Shown: positions 11,943 through 24,017, counted from the first letter of the stretch. The stretch: 64,000 nt of DNA from Nitrosopumilus sp. (GCA_965214775.1 OZ243974.1:1984001-2048000), one strand, 5' to 3'. Notes: generated by a model not told the origin, from the sequence alone. Program-made: numbers and translations.

Positions 11943-12280
11943 GTGACCTCATACTCCTGCACAAGGATACGGAACACCACAGGCACATCCACATGACGGG
12001 CGACATAAACAACAACCAGATGGAATCCTTCAACGGCAACACGCTGAGGGCGAGGGAGAAGGTGATCCGTGGGATCAAGAGGGATGACTCTGCAATACTC
12101 AAGGGGATGCAAATCCATCACAACTACATCCGCCCGCACCAGGGACTTGACGGCGACACACCGGCAGCAAGGGCCGGAATCAGGATTCAGGGCAATAACA
12201 AATGGAAGACCATAATTCAGAATGCGGTCAAATCAGAACACAGCACCCGGCGTGTCCCAGGGAGAATGAACACCCGTTAA
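11943..12280 (+). pseudogene. C-terminal fragment of a DDE integrase-core transposase
   Basis: NNNQMESFNG..HNYIRPH..TPA motif. Confidence 0.7.
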
Positions 12281-12318
12281 TGTCCCAGTTCCATAATGAG
12301 CACGGATTTATGTTATGT

Positions 12319-12353
12319 TCAGCAGATACTATATGAAATCTTATCAGTATCTT
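12319..12353 (+). mobile_element. degenerate remnant of an IS110 family-2 upstream end
   Basis: TCAGCAGATACTATATGAAATCTTATCAGTATC resembles 46279-46311. Confidence 0.55.
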
Positions 12354-12473
12354 CAGTCTTCCCAGAAGTAACCCAGAAAACATCCAAGATTTGAAACAAA
12401 TCAAATTACGATGCCTGCAGATTCACCCTACGTCATCTGTACATTCATGAATCGCGTACTTCTGGGAAGACTG
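12354..12473. mobile_element. ISH3-type MITE (120 bp)
   Basis: TIR CAGTCTTCCCAGAAGTA at both ends; homologous to 28619-28739 and 36233-36353. Confidence 0.9.
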
Positions 12474-12627
12474 CCAAAGGGGCTAGTCCTATTGCGCTTG
12501 AGGAGGACACGGAACAGCCGTCCGTACGATCCCTGCTTGATACAACCAAACTTGGATCCGTGAAAACATTCCAATGTTGGCACGCCGACTATGCTTGCAG
12601 AAAATGTTGGTAACCACTTCTGGCACA

Positions 12628-13941
12628 TTATTCTTTTAGTTTTTCAACAATGTCTGAAAATCTCCAAGGGCCGCACTCGGCATCCGAATTCTCGCTTTTG
12701 AGCAGTCCTGACTGGTTCAGCTTATCCACGATATGCGCAGAGAATGCCAGTGCCCCAGTTGCCCCCGGAGAGTTATAATTCAGAATGTGAAAGGACGACT
12801 CATCGTTTAATAGAATCACATCGGGTGCAAACTTTCCATCATCGTTAATCACAGATGATCTAATTCCGGCAGTCCCTTTTTCAGAAAATTTTTCAGGCTC
12901 AATTTTGGGCAGAAACCTTCTGACTCTCTGAACCATTGCCGACTTGGACATTGATGACTGAATCTCGTTTATTGCAAGCTCCTGGAACTGTTTGTCAAAA
13001 ATTGCCTTTCGTGCTGCACCGGAGCCCAGCATTTCCAGCACTTTTGGCAGGAATTCCTTGAGGTTTTCTGTCCTGTCATATCCGTACGGGCTAAAAACAG
13101 GAACCGCATTCGGACCGATCTCACAGCTGCCGTCAACCCTGATTATCCAGTGGGGATCCAAAAACGGATAGTCTGGAAACTCTGGAACAGAGTATATGCT
13201 TGTCTTGGTCAATGAGTTGTATTCTGTTGGCGCCTTCCAGTACTCTCCCCTAAAATGAACGTCAGTCAGTCTTTCACCCAGTCCTACGCTGTGAGCAACA
13301 TCCATGGCTTCCCCGCCTGCGGCATTAATCAAAAATTTTGCAAACACCTCCTTTTCATGATTCAGGATAACTTTCCAGCCTTGGTCCTCTTTTTTGATTT
13401 CCGTAACTTTTGAATTCAATAACACTTGGGTGCCGCTATTCTTGCTGTCATTTATCAGCGACTCCGTAAATCTTGCATAGTCTGCTGAGCCGTCTCTGTA
13501 GACATACAGGGCCGATTCACACCGAATTTCCGGCTCAATCTTTCTTACTTCGTTTTTATCCATCAGTTCTATGTCCGATTCTTCTAGACCGTTTTGTTTT
13601 GCCCATTTGAGATATTTTTCAAGCACTTTGATTCCCTTGTCATCTAGTGCAACTTCGATCACCCCGTCTTTTTTAAACGGCAAATTTTTCATTTTTGCAT
13701 ATTCCTCCCACATCTCATATCCGTGAAACGCTGCCTTGGCAAACAGCTTTTTCTTCTCCGGATTGTAAAGGTATGGTGCATGGACCTTTCCCGTGTTCCT
13801 GCCGCTAGTGTGAAATGCCACGTTTTCTGACTGTTCTGCTACTCCTATTGATCTTGACTTGTTTAGCGAGGAAAGAAAGTAAGAGATTGACGTTCCCAAA
13901 ATTCCTCCACCGATAATCAAAACATCAAAATTTCTTGCCAT
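12628..13941 (-). CDS. FAD-dependent oxidoreductase (L-2-hydroxyglutarate oxidase-like)
   Basis: GGGILG Rossmann fold, TSGRNTG, FRGEY, SPGATGA. Confidence 0.85.
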   Translation of the reverse strand: MARNFDVLIIGGGILGTSISYFLSSLNKSRSIGVAEQSENVAFHTSGRNTGKVHAPYLYNPEKKKLFAKAAFHGYEMWEEYAKMKNLPFKKDGVIEVALDDKGIKVLEKYLKWAKQNGLEESDIELMDKNEVRKIEPEIRCESALYVYRDGSADYARFTESLINDSKNSGTQVLLNSKVTEIKKEDQGWKVILNHEKEVFAKFLINAAGGEAMDVAHSVGLGERLTDVHFRGEYWKAPTEYNSLTKTSIYSVPEFPDYPFLDPHWIIRVDGSCEIGPNAVPVFSPYGYDRTENLKEFLPKVLEMLGSGAARKAIFDKQFQELAINEIQSSMSKSAMVQRVRRFLPKIEPEKFSEKGTAGIRSSVINDDGKFAPDVILLNDESSFHILNYNSPGATGALAFSAHIVDKLNQSGLLKSENSDAECGPWRFSDIVEKLKE

Positions 13942-13986
13942 CGTGCTGTATCCTGCATGTTTTAACTGATATTAAATTGCACACGC

Positions 13987-15035
13987 TGTCTTATATGGAA
14001 ATTAGGTTCGCCTAAGCTTTTGAGAAAAGCCAAGGAATACTTTACCCTTTACCGATCAAGAAAAAAGATGAAAAAGAAAGCACTGACAGAGCGACAGATA
14101 AAGTACGCCACGAGACAGCGCAAGAAGGGCAGGACGCTAAAGGCAATAGCAAAGGAGCTGGAAGTGACACCCCAGTACGTGGGCAGGTTGTGCTCCGAGT
14201 TTGAAAGGACCGGCGTGATACACATGCAAAAGAGTCCCGGCAGGCCAGCATCGCCGCCGCCCTCAAGCGACGAGGTCCGGACGGTACTTCGCCTGTACGC
14301 CGAGCAGGACATCGGCGTGGTGCGCACGGCCAGGTGTGCAAGGGAGCAACTGGATATAAGCTACGACTCTGTATACAGGATAATGAGTGAGAACAAGCTG
14401 GTCTCAAAGTCTGCTGCAAGATCCGGACAGCGCAAGTGGCTGCGCTATGAGCGCAAGTACTCCAACGCAATGTGGCACGTGGACTGGCACGATATGAAGG
14501 ATCCACGTCTGAGAGGGCTCAAATTGGTCACGTTTTTGGACGATTCATCCCGGTGTGTCACGGCGGCACGGACGTTTGCCGAGGCCACGTCCGAGAACGT
14601 GGTGATAACACTCAGGGATGCCATAGACAGATTTGGCACGCCGGCTACCATACTGTCTGACAACGGCAGGTACTTCAACGGCGGCCGTAGCAAGAAGAAC
14701 ATGCCAAAGGGGACGTGGAGGCCGACTGCATTTGAGGCCGAGCTGCTGGACCGGGGCATCGGGCTGATAAACTCCAGGCCGTACCACCCAGAGACCAACG
14801 GCAAGCTGGAGCGGTTGCACGGCAGCATAGAGAAGGAAATCCACCACTATGAGAGCCTGACTGCATACGTGGAGTACTATAACGAGCGCAGGCTGCACTG
14901 CATTGGATATCGACAGATATGAGACGCCACTGCAGGCCTTCTCGGCAAGGGAGGCCACAGAAGCGATCAGGAAAAGCGACCCAAAATGGATGGAGGGACA
15001 TCAATGACTAACGAACCTAATTTTCATATAACACA
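13987..15035 (+). mobile_element. IS481-family element; transposase from 14068, frameshifted near the 3' end
   Basis: TGT...ACA TIRs; 13-bp flanking repeat AAATTGCACAYGC; WHVD, LSDNG, GKLER motifs. Confidence 0.9.
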
Positions 15036-15087
15036 AAATTGCACATGCCCGATCAAGGTTAATATCGTACAAGTGTCAACCTGATGC

Positions 15088-15369
15088 ATGCTGCCTGACA
15101 GGTGTTCTGTAACAGAAGAAGGAAAACAGTGCGTGAATCCTCCCCAATACATCGTCTCAATAACTGACAATAGGGACGAGTACATGGTCGGCGTTACATG
15201 TGCAAGACACAAGAAAATCGTCTCAGGCAAAATTGGAATTCTTCAAAATGAGGGCAAAATCCATGAGGGAAAAATCAGCTTTGCCCCGGTAAAGGCCGTT
15301 GGTACCGACTGTATCCGTGCTGATGAGGAAGATTTTGTCCAAATTGACGTGAAAAATCCTAAATTTTAA
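15088..15369 (+). CDS. conserved hypothetical Cys-containing protein
   Basis: ORF with host-like composition. Confidence 0.7.
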   Translation: MLPDRCSVTEEGKQCVNPPQYIVSITDNRDEYMVGVTCARHKKIVSGKIGILQNEGKIHEGKISFAPVKAVGTDCIRADEEDFVQIDVKNPKF

Positions 15370-15392
15370 AATATTTTCAGCTCTGATGATCT

Positions 15393-15773
15393 GTGTTGCT
15401 CTTTGATCTGCTGTCTGACATCCTAAGAGTCGGTGATGTCCTGCTTGTCGTAAAAAGCCCGGGTGCAGTAAGCGAAGTCAGAAGCAACTCTCTTGGAATA
15501 CGTCAAAAGGAAAAATGGATTACCATTGGGCAGAATGACGGCCCGGCACACATGCATGTAAATTCAGAGTCGATAAAATCTGCAAGATTTGTCGAAGAAG
15601 AAAAACCACAAAGAACAAAAAGCTTCGGCGTGCATTTCTTTGACGAAAACAACGAGCGCGTTCTGGCTGCATTTTTTACAAAAATGTATGACGAATCAGA
15701 ATCCCTGAATCCCAGTCGAAAAAAAATGTATGACGCACTTCGAGAAAAGTATTCTTCAAAAGTCACATTTTAA
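15393..15773 (+). CDS. HemS/ChuX-like heme utilisation protein
   Basis: GAVSE, HMHVN and FFDE pattern. Confidence 0.6.
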   Translation: MLLFDLLSDILRVGDVLLVVKSPGAVSEVRSNSLGIRQKEKWITIGQNDGPAHMHVNSESIKSARFVEEEKPQRTKSFGVHFFDENNERVLAAFFTKMYDESESLNPSRKKMYDALREKYSSKVTF

Positions 15774-15974
15774 AAAAAACCTTGTCTGAAAAAGACAAGT
15801 AGAAAAAATGTTATTGATCGGATTCTTTCTCCTTTCTCTTCTTTTCTTTTTCAGATTGTAGTTTAGCTAATTCTAATTCTTCATTAGTATGTTTGAATTT
15901 TTTCAATCTATCACTAGTTGACAATCTAGATATAAAAACTCCACATTGTTCTTTTTGGATACTTGGGCATAAAA

Positions 15975-16946
15975 TCAATACCCCACTGAAAAAAACGGCT
16001 TTTTTCCGTTCATTCCCAAATCGAGATTTTTGAGCGTAATCTGGGACATTTTCTCCCTTGTCTCTTTTGTGGAACTGCCAATGTGCGGTGCCAGAACGAC
16101 ATTTTCCAGTCTTGACAGGGAGTGTTTCTTGCCACTGATGGGCTCGACTTCAAACACGTCTAGTCCTGCCCCTGCAATGATTCTATTTTTTAACGCCCCT
16201 GCAAGATCTTTCTCATTTACGACCTTGCCCCTTGACGTATTGATCAAAAACGACGTGTCCTTCATTTTTTCGAAAATTGCCATATCAAACAGATGATCAG
16301 TTTGAGGCGTATGTGGGACATGAATGGAAATCACATCGCTGCCTTTGACCAGCTCGCTAAATGAGACGTATCTGATTCCCAGTCCCTTTTCCAGGTTCTT
16401 GGAAATTTTGTTTCTGTTGTGATACACCAGCTTCATATCAAACGCCTTGGCCCGCTTTGCAAGCGTCCTGCCAATTCTTCCCAAACCCAAAATTCCCAGA
16501 GTTTTTCCTTGCAGATCATATCCCGTATAGTCATATGCACCGAAGATTGTCCTCCATCTTCCATTTCGAATAATCCTGTCCCCTTCTGAGACCCTTCTCA
16601 TCACATCTAGCATCAGGCCAAACGCCAAATCAGCAGTCGCATCTGTCAATACTCCGGGGGTATATCCGACTCTGATCTTTTTTGATCTGGCATGTTTGAT
16701 GTCGATGTGATCAAATCCAACACTATACGTACTGATGACCTTGAGATTTTCGGCCATGTCCAACGTTTCTTGATTTATTCTATCATATGGAAAACAGATC
16801 AATCCCTCGACATCCCTTATCTTTGATCGCAATTTTTTTTCTGGAATTGGAATTTTTCCAGAATGAACTTCCACGCTGTATCTTCTTTTTAACTCCTTTA
16901 ACGCAAAATCATGCAGTGTCCTGGTCAGGAAGACTTTTCTTCTCAT
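15975..16946 (-). CDS. D-isomer 2-hydroxyacid dehydrogenase / glyoxylate reductase
   Basis: GLGRIG, NTSRG, GLDVF, PHIGS. Confidence 0.9.
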   Translation of the reverse strand: MRRKVFLTRTLHDFALKELKRRYSVEVHSGKIPIPEKKLRSKIRDVEGLICFPYDRINQETLDMAENLKVISTYSVGFDHIDIKHARSKKIRVGYTPGVLTDATADLAFGLMLDVMRRVSEGDRIIRNGRWRTIFGAYDYTGYDLQGKTLGILGLGRIGRTLAKRAKAFDMKLVYHNRNKISKNLEKGLGIRYVSFSELVKGSDVISIHVPHTPQTDHLFDMAIFEKMKDTSFLINTSRGKVVNEKDLAGALKNRIIAGAGLDVFEVEPISGKKHSLSRLENVVLAPHIGSSTKETREKMSQITLKNLDLGMNGKKPFFSVGY

Positions 16947-16997
16947 AATTGTGAAATTTATCTCAAACCATTTATACGATTTCCTTGTAACTTCATC

Positions 16998-17138
16998 ATG
17001 TCTTCTGAAGTTGAAGAGGAATTTGCTGTTTGTATAGAGTGTGGAAACTCGATTGAGAAATGTGTGTGTGTTTGTCCTTATTGTGGTCAGCGTGATAAAT
17101 GTGAGTGTGCCTTGTTTGACGCTGCCACGGGCGGGTAG
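16998..17138 (+). CDS. small Cys-rich zinc-binding protein
   Basis: CIECG..CVCVCPYC..CEC in 46 aa upstream of korA. Confidence 0.65.
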   Translation: MSSEVEEEFAVCIECGNSIEKCVCVCPYCGQRDKCECALFDAATGG

Positions 17139-17165
17139 GAACAACATATTTTCTGGATGATTTAA

Positions 17166-19076
17166 ATGAGCTCGGTCGATTTTTCATGGTTAATTGGAGG
17201 CCCGCAAGGAAGCGGTGTCGAATCCGGGGCAAATATTTTTTCAAAGGTATGTGCCGAAATGGGATATCGGATTTTTGGAAAGCGAGAATTCTATTCAAAC
17301 ATCAAAGGAGAGCACAGCTATTTCATAGTCAGGGTATCAGATGAAGAGATTCATTCAAACGTAAACGACGTTTCCTTGATGGTCTCGTTTGACGCAGAAA
17401 CAATCTTTCGGCATTTTGATGAAGTTTCAAAAAATGGGGCAATCATTTATGATTATGAACTTGAGGACGTTGATACCGGAAAGGTCCGAACTCTTGACCC
17501 GCCATTTAAGGAGAGGCTGCACGGTTTTCTGGAGTCAAAAAACAAGCCGTTTACGATATCCGGAGTACTGGAAATTGCAAAAGAAAAAGGCGTAAAACTC
17601 TTCCCCGTCTCTTTCAAATCTCTCTTGGAATCCCTTTCTGAAGAGGTTGACAATCCTAAACTACGCGGTCTTGTTAGAATGTATAACGTGATCGGAGTGT
17701 CCCTGTCCCTGGGACTGATCAAGATGCCTTCTGATTCTTTGCTTCGCTCAATTGATTCGATTTTTGCAAAAAAACCCCAAGTTGCCCAAATCAACAAACA
17801 GGCTGCAGATCATTCATACAGTTATGCTTTATCAAAATTCAACGGATTTGAACAAACTCTACCTGGGACAACAAAAGAGTCTGACACAATTATGGTCCAG
17901 GGACACTATGGCACCTCGATTGGAAAGATGGTCTCTGGCTGCAGATTCCAGTCATACTATCCGATTACACCGGCCTCTGATGAGAGCGTATATCTGGAAT
18001 CAAACGAAATACTGAACGTTCAAAATGGCAGACCCGGATCCACTGCGGTAATTCAAACTGAGGACGAGATATCTGCAATTGGAATGATGATTGGCGCTGC
18101 CCTGACTGGCACAAGATCATCCACTTCGACCTCCGGACCGGGATTTGCCCTGATGACAGAGGCCCTAGGCTGGGCTGGAATTAACGAGGTTCCAGTAGTA
18201 ATAACACTGTACCAGAGAAGCGGCCCCTCTACAGGACTTCCGACACGACACGGACAGGATGATCTGCTTTTTACAGTCTTTGCAGGCCATGGGGACTTTC
18301 CAAAACTAGTTTACGCCTCCGGTGATATTGAGGAGAGCTTTTATGATACCGGAAGATGCTTCAACTATGCTGACATTTACCAGATTCCTGTCATTCACAT
18401 GATGGACAAATTCCTGTCAAGTTCGGTTGTCACCTGCAAGAAGTTTGATCCTGGGAAAATCAACATCGACCGTGGAAAACTCCTTGAAAAAGTTGACGGT
18501 GAATACAAAAGATTCGCACTGACTGATGATGGGATCTCCCCACGTTCTAGACTGGGGCTTGATGACGGAATATTCTGGAATACTGGGGATGAATCAGACG
18601 AACATGGCCACATTACAGAGGATCCCCAAATCAGAATCAAAATGATGGATAAACGAATGTCAAGACTGGATATGATTCTAAAACAAATTCCCGATCATGA
18701 GCAAGTAGTGTCATTTGGCGTTTGTGAATTCACGATAATTTCATGGGGCTCGACCAAGGGCCCCATCATTGACGCATTATCCATGCTAAAGAAAGACGGC
18801 ATCGATGTTGGATTTCTGCAAATCAAGCTATTGCATCCGTTCCCTGGCCAATATGTAAAATCGCTTCTTTTAGGGGCCAAAACCATAATTGATATTGAGG
18901 CAAACCATTCTGGCCAGCTTGGAAAAATATTCCAGCAAAATATTGCAAGGGATGTTGATTACTATATTTTGAAATATACCGGAAGAGCAATGACTAGCAC
19001 CGAGATATATGATTCGTTAAGGAAAATCGTTGAAAACAAGGCTGAAAAGCGGGAGGTTCTAAGCCATGGCGCTTAA
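17166..19076 (+). CDS. korA: 2-oxoacid:ferredoxin oxidoreductase alpha subunit
   Basis: [22 protein letters not shown]. Confidence 0.92.
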   Translation: MSSVDFSWLIGGPQGSGVESGANIFSKVCAEMGYRIFGKREFYSNIKGEHSYFIVRVSDEEIHSNVNDVSLMVSFDAETIFRHFDEVSKNGAIIYDYELEDVDTGKVRTLDPPFKERLHGFLESKNKPFTISGVLEIAKEKGVKLFPVSFKSLLESLSEEVDNPKLRGLVRMYNVIGVSLSLGLIKMPSDSLLRSIDSIFAKKPQVAQINKQAADHSYSYALSKFNGFEQTLPGTTKESDTIMVQGHYGTSIGKMVSGCRFQSYYPITPASDESVYLESNEILNVQNGRPGSTAVIQTEDEISAIGMMIGAALTGTRSSTSTSGPGFALMTEALGWAGINEVPVVITLYQRSGPSTGLPTRHGQDDLLFTVFAGHGDFPKLVYASGDIEESFYDTGRCFNYADIYQIPVIHMMDKFLSSSVVTCKKFDPGKINIDRGKLLEKVDGEYKRFALTDDGISPRSRLGLDDGIFWNTGDESDEHGHITEDPQIRIKMMDKRMSRLDMILKQIPDHEQVVSFGVCEFTIISWGSTKGPIIDALSMLKKDGIDVGFLQIKLLHPFPGQYVKSLLLGAKTIIDIEANHSGQLGKIFQQNIARDVDYYILKYTGRAMTSTEIYDSLRKIVENKAEKREVLSHGA

Positions 19077-20028
19077 ACTGGCAGATTACAAGACTGCAGT
19101 TCACAATGACTGGTGTCCGGGATGCGGTGATTTTGGAATTGTAAATGCGTTACAAATGGCATTGGCCGAGATGGGAGTCAAGCGCGACAAGGCCGCCATT
19201 TTTTCTGGAATCGGCTGCTCGGGAAAGACGTCTCATTACATCAACACTTATGGCATTCACACGCTTCATGGACGTGTCTTGACATTTGCACAAGGCGGAA
19301 AACTGGCCAATCCTGAGATGACCGTCGTAGCTGTCGGGGGCGACGGTGATGGCCTTGGAATTGGCGCAGGACACTTTGTTGCAGCAGGAAGACGAAACGT
19401 GGACATGACTTACATCATTTTTGATAACGGGGTCTATGGTCTGACCAAGGGACAGGCGTCCCCTACTTTGAAGCTGGGAGAAAAAACAAAATCACTGCCG
19501 TCCCCAAACACAAACTACAATGTCAACCCCATAGGGCTGGCAGTTGCCAGCGGATTTACATTTGTGGCACGTGGCTACTCTTATGATGTCAGGCACCTGA
19601 AGGACTTGATTGTAAAGGCGGTAAGTCACAAGGGGCTTTCATTCCTGGACGTTTTGCAGCCCTGTCCGACTTATAACGACATCAATACGAGGGACTGGTA
19701 TGCCGGCGCTGATTTGGCCACTGATTCGATGGAACGCCATTCGAGAATCTACAAGCTTGAGGATACCCACTATGATCCCGTTGTTCATTATGCCCAGGAG
19801 GCAGAGGTAAACGAGAAACTCTCTCAGGCATTGATAAAGTCCCTTGAATGGGATACGAAAATCCCAACCGGCGTATTTTATCAAAATGAGCTGGTTTCCC
19901 CATATACTGTGAGACTGACCGATAAGATTCCGAATTATCTGGAGAATCCTCCTGCAAAGCAGAAAATTTCTGAAAATGGCTTGCCTGCAACCGACGTTTC
20001 AGGACTCCTTGACTCCCTTGAGGTTTAG
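19066..20028 (+). CDS. korB: 2-oxoacid:ferredoxin oxidoreductase beta subunit
   Basis: WCPGCG, SGIGC, GGDGD TPP motif. Confidence 0.92.
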   Translation: MALKLADYKTAVHNDWCPGCGDFGIVNALQMALAEMGVKRDKAAIFSGIGCSGKTSHYINTYGIHTLHGRVLTFAQGGKLANPEMTVVAVGGDGDGLGIGAGHFVAAGRRNVDMTYIIFDNGVYGLTKGQASPTLKLGEKTKSLPSPNTNYNVNPIGLAVASGFTFVARGYSYDVRHLKDLIVKAVSHKGLSFLDVLQPCPTYNDINTRDWYAGADLATDSMERHSRIYKLEDTHYDPVVHYAQEAEVNEKLSQALIKSLEWDTKIPTGVFYQNELVSPYTVRLTDKIPNYLENPPAKQKISENGLPATDVSGLLDSLEV

Positions 20029-20055
20029 ATGCTGCCTAACAAGTTATAGACTAGT

Positions 20056-20511
20056 TTGCCGATCCTTATTCTGTTGAATATCAACGAGGCCAACACCATT
20101 TTTAGAAGATCCATCATCAAGGGGTTCTTTGAACCCAGGCTGCTTAATTTGGATTTTAAAAAATCAAGCGTAAGGCATCCCTCCATTGGTGATGACGGCC
20201 TGATGCAGTCAGACCTTTTGCACGTGTTCTTTGATGTTGAAACCGGCTCTGACTATCCTGATGGCGATGACTGGTTTATTGTGGAGATGCTGTTTCCACA
20301 TGACATAAAACTGCCTGACAACCTAAAGGGGACCGATTATTTCACAACTCTGCCTGCGGCCGGTGAGGACAAGACATTTTGGCATCATAGGGAACTAATC
20401 CGTTACAAATATGGCAAATCCAAGAAACTGGATGACGCCTTGGAGTTCTTAGAATCAAAGTACAAGGAACTGCACAAGTTGCTTGAGCCTTTCCAAAAAG
20501 ATCTCAAGTAG
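20056..20511 (+). CDS. hypothetical protein
   Basis: ORF in housekeeping block; start uncertain. Confidence 0.7.
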   Translation: MPILILLNINEANTIFRRSIIKGFFEPRLLNLDFKKSSVRHPSIGDDGLMQSDLLHVFFDVETGSDYPDGDDWFIVEMLFPHDIKLPDNLKGTDYFTTLPAAGEDKTFWHHRELIRYKYGKSKKLDDALEFLESKYKELHKLLEPFQKDLK

Positions 20512-21046
20512 CCTCTTTCCAGATGTCTCCTCTGAAGACATACCTTTTGTTCTCTGAATTTGCCGTATCTAGTCTCCAACGGATTGATTCAGAATCAAAC
20601 CTGTATGCGATCTCTGAAATTCCGTCTGGCAGCTTTTCCGGATTTAGATGGTATGGCAGCAGCTCTAACACAAAATCCATCTTCTCGACTGCGTTGTCAA
20701 ACCATTGTTTGTCCTCTATGTCTATTGAAAAGATAATTTTCGGCCTTCCTGAAAAACTAATTCTTACCTTCAGTGCATTTCCGCTGCCTCTTCTCCGCTT
20801 CATCTCCTTAAAGACAGCTTTTACCTTTTCCCAACGCTTGAATTCAAACCACTGGAAAAACGCCTCATTGAACGTAAGTGGAATGTCTAGATTCAAAAAA
20901 CTGACAAAATCCTCGTCATTTTGTTCTATTTCCTCCTGAACGATTCTGAAATGAGAATTCAAAAACCCGTACAGCACTTCTATCTCCCACGGCGATACTC
21001 CATAGTATGTTAGGGTGGCAGTCAGCTCCTCTCCCTGTGATGACAT
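20504..21046 (-). CDS. hypothetical protein
   Basis: ORF with host-like composition. Confidence 0.75.
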   Translation of the reverse strand: MSSQGEELTATLTYYGVSPWEIEVLYGFLNSHFRIVQEEIEQNDEDFVSFLNLDIPLTFNEAFFQWFEFKRWEKVKAVFKEMKRRRGSGNALKVRISFSGRPKIIFSIDIEDKQWFDNAVEKMDFVLELLPYHLNPEKLPDGISEIAYRFDSESIRWRLDTANSENKRYVFRGDIWKEAT

Positions 21047-21150
21047 TACTTTGGAGTCCCGAAATTTGTAATTAAAGCTTCAAAACCGGCGAATTTGGGT
21101 CAAATCATGCTTAAAATTAAAATTATATTGGCATTCATACAAAAGTCACT

Positions 21151-21489
21151 ATGAAGAAGGAATTTGTTGTTAGAAGCATTGATGCTGCTCCTGACGGTGC
21201 GCCATACGTGATTGTGTCTCTGTCCCCCCTCAAGGATCTTAAGGAAGGCGGAACTCAAAACCCGCAGTCCCCGTTTGGCAGTCCTAAAGTCATGGGATTT
21301 ACCAACATGAACGACATGATGAGGGATCTTAACAAAATGTTCTCTGGAATGGGCGGAGCAGGAGGAATGGGAATGCAAGGAAATGTAACTCAATTAAAGC
21401 TTGAGATGCATGAATACAGAGAGATGGGATTGTCTGTAGGCGATAAAGTCTTTCTGGACGTTGTCAAGGCTGAATCTCTGGGCGTATGA
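21151..21489 (+). CDS. hypothetical protein
   Basis: ORF with AT-rich upstream region. Confidence 0.75.
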   Translation: MKKEFVVRSIDAAPDGAPYVIVSLSPLKDLKEGGTQNPQSPFGSPKVMGFTNMNDMMRDLNKMFSGMGGAGGMGMQGNVTQLKLEMHEYREMGLSVGDKVFLDVVKAESLGV

Positions 21490-21490
21490 T

Positions 21491-22045
21491 TTACCAAACC
21501 GTGTTGATGTATTTCCAACCATAAAACGCGCCAATTGTTCCGATTACAAACAACATTGGCTTCCATGCAAATACCGGCAAACTGGGTGTTGCTAGCTTTA
21601 CCTTGTAATTGTCAACAATGGCGTTGACATTCTTCTTAATTTTGTCATGCCACATATTGTATTCGACTTGGTATTTTTTGAGAACTTCCGCCACTTCGTA
21701 AACAACCGGAGTTCTTTGCGAAAACAAATGCTGCAAATAATCCCGTGAAACCTCGACTTCTGCATGAATTCCGATCAGGCCTTTTTTGAGGTCTATCATT
21801 CTTACGTGCATTTCCCACGGTTTTTTCAATTTCAGATTTAACCCGTTTCCGATTTGATCAGGCTGCCTGTGTTCGAACTTTACTTTGGTAAATCCCTCCT
21901 CCGTAAAAATTTTCACCAATTCATCAAAACTCTTTCTTACTACGATGTAGAGTTGCTCGACACCCTCTTTGCTATCTACGTCGATTCTGTGTTTAATTCC
22001 GTCAAAAAATGAAACCGTTTTTGGATATGTTGTAAGATACTCCAT
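21491..22045 (-). CDS. hypothetical protein with C-terminal transmembrane helix
   Basis: ORF with hydrophobic C-terminus. Confidence 0.75.
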   Translation of the reverse strand: MEYLTTYPKTVSFFDGIKHRIDVDSKEGVEQLYIVVRKSFDELVKIFTEEGFTKVKFEHRQPDQIGNGLNLKLKKPWEMHVRMIDLKKGLIGIHAEVEVSRDYLQHLFSQRTPVVYEVAEVLKKYQVEYNMWHDKIKKNVNAIVDNYKVKLATPSLPVFAWKPMLFVIGTIGAFYGWKYINTVW

Positions 22046-22097
22046 GGTTTGCCACCAAAATACCTCTATTTAAAGCAGAACCACTTGTTCATTAGAC

Positions 22098-23249
22098 TGT
22101 GGGATCCAGAAAGTAGTTCGCCCCCCCTTATTTGACATCATACTCCTCTCCTGTCTGCCCGTCAATAACGGTTTCCCCCTCCTTGGGCATCTTTCTGAGA
22201 AATGCCTGCGCGGGCGTCTCCTGATTGTCCCAGTCCAGCGACCTGTGGGGCCTGTCATGATTGTACCACTGCATGAACAGGTCTATCGGGTCGCTTTTTC
22301 TCATCATGATCTCCTCGAACTCGTGCAGCTTGCGCTGGATCTCCCCGTGGAGGCGCTCGACCTTTCCGTTGGTCTGGGGTCGTCCCACGCCTGCCAGGAT
22401 CTGCCGTATTCCCAGTTCTGTCAGTTTCTTTTCAAACTCGCCTTCGCCCCTCTTTTTTGCCGTCTCTTTCTCGTTGGCATAGAACTGGCTGCCGTGGTCT
22501 GTCATGATCGAGGCCGGCTTGCCGTGCTTTTCTATTGCCGTCTCAAGCACTGCCAGGGCGTTTTTGGTCGTGGCATTATCAAAGATGCCATATCCGGTCA
22601 CAAACCTGGAGGCATCGTCCTCGTAGCACAGGAACCATCTGCCGTCGTGCATTCCGCCGTGGATCTGCTTCCAGTCTGTATGCCACAGCGAGTTTGAGTG
22701 ATCGCGCTCGTAGCGGACCCACCTGTACCTTGTACCCTTGCTGGGCTGCGCCTCTGCCATCTCCTCGTCCCTCAGTATCTTGTGTATGATGCCGTGCGGG
22801 ATATGGATTCCGGTCTGATTCGCTATGCGCTGCTGCAGTCCTGCAGTCCCCATGTGCTCTGCATGTCTGGCAGACATGACTGCAGAGTGCTCCCTGCGTC
22901 CGGGCAGACCGTTCTGGGGCCTTCCCATTGGCGCAGGATGCGATATTTCGCTTGCCGCAGGGCAGCCTTTGTGCCTGGCCCACAGCTTCTGGACCCACCG
23001 TACTGTCACGTCCATGGTTCCGGCTATCTGGGCGTTGGTAAGCTCGCCCTTTTTCTTTTCTTTCACTATCCATTGTACTTGGCTTTTCTCTAGCTTCATG
23101 CCGTTTGGGTGCTCAAGACTCACGTATTTACGGAGCTTTCGTCGCCAGACCCACACACCTGTACTTCCAGTGTGGGTCAGGCTTGCACATCTGCTCCTGA
23201 CCGACTTTACACACTCGGAGAAGGGGTGAACTACTTTTTGGACTATACA
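22098..23249 (-). mobile_element. IS481-family element; transposase 22128-23099
   Basis: TGT...ACA TIRs; 16-bp direct repeat CACTTGTTCATTAGAC; WHTD, TDHG, GKVER motifs. Confidence 0.9.
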
Positions 23250-23880
23250 CACTTGTTCATTAGACTGGGATCCAAAAAGCAGTTTGTTACTCCTACTCTC
23301 CCTTCTCCTCTTGACAATACATCTCATTTCATTTCATTTCTGAGAAGTGCTTTGAAATCAGCAGACTCGGATCATGCATAGGCAAACTTGCATCAAATCG
23401 ATTAAAATAATGCCTGCAAGTGGCAAGCTGCCTGCATGTAAAATTACTTGGTAATCGTACGGAAAAATCCGGACACTTGCACGGTCTCTGATTTCGGATC
23501 ATCTTTAGGGTCTACGGTTTGTGTTTGGGAGAAACTTGCCCTTCTTTGGGATGTGTATCTCTTGTTTGCTCATACACACCAGTCTTTCCAAAATAACTGA
23601 ATCGTGGTGGCGCAAGAGGAGGTGATACGCGGATCTGCAGGCGGCCTCCTTTGAGTTATTTCTAGCTTGGAATAATGTTTGGTGTGGCACTTGTGTTGTG
23701 GAAAGAAGACGGCAGGTCGGGTTGCTGTGACATGTAGGCACGAGTTTTATTGCAATGGATTTGACCGTGGCTGAAAACCGTGGCGATCCGGCCGACTTGG
23801 CGGATTTCTTGCAAACAGAAAACCCGAGCAACGATCTTGGCCCGGATGCAAGCCCCTAGTCCGGAGAAGATCGTATCCCG

Positions 23881-24017
23881 GAGAGGTGATCCGAAATTAG
23901 AAACAGTGCGAATTTTTCATGTAATTTCAAATGGTTTGTATTTTGTTGGTGTTTTGAGCCGTTCTATGCAAATTCGTTCACAAGTAATCAGAGTTTGCTA
24001 ATTTCGAATCAACTCTC
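23881..24017. mobile_element. MITE (TIR GAGAGGTGATCCGAAATTAG); the same end recurs inverted at 28019-28041
   Basis: imperfect inverted end at 23998-24017; 23-bp perfect inverted match at 28019-28041. Confidence 0.7.

Noticed and set aside
15807-15925. small Lys/Glu-rich ORF on the minus strand
   Set aside because: needs a frameshift to acquire a start codon; too weak to call
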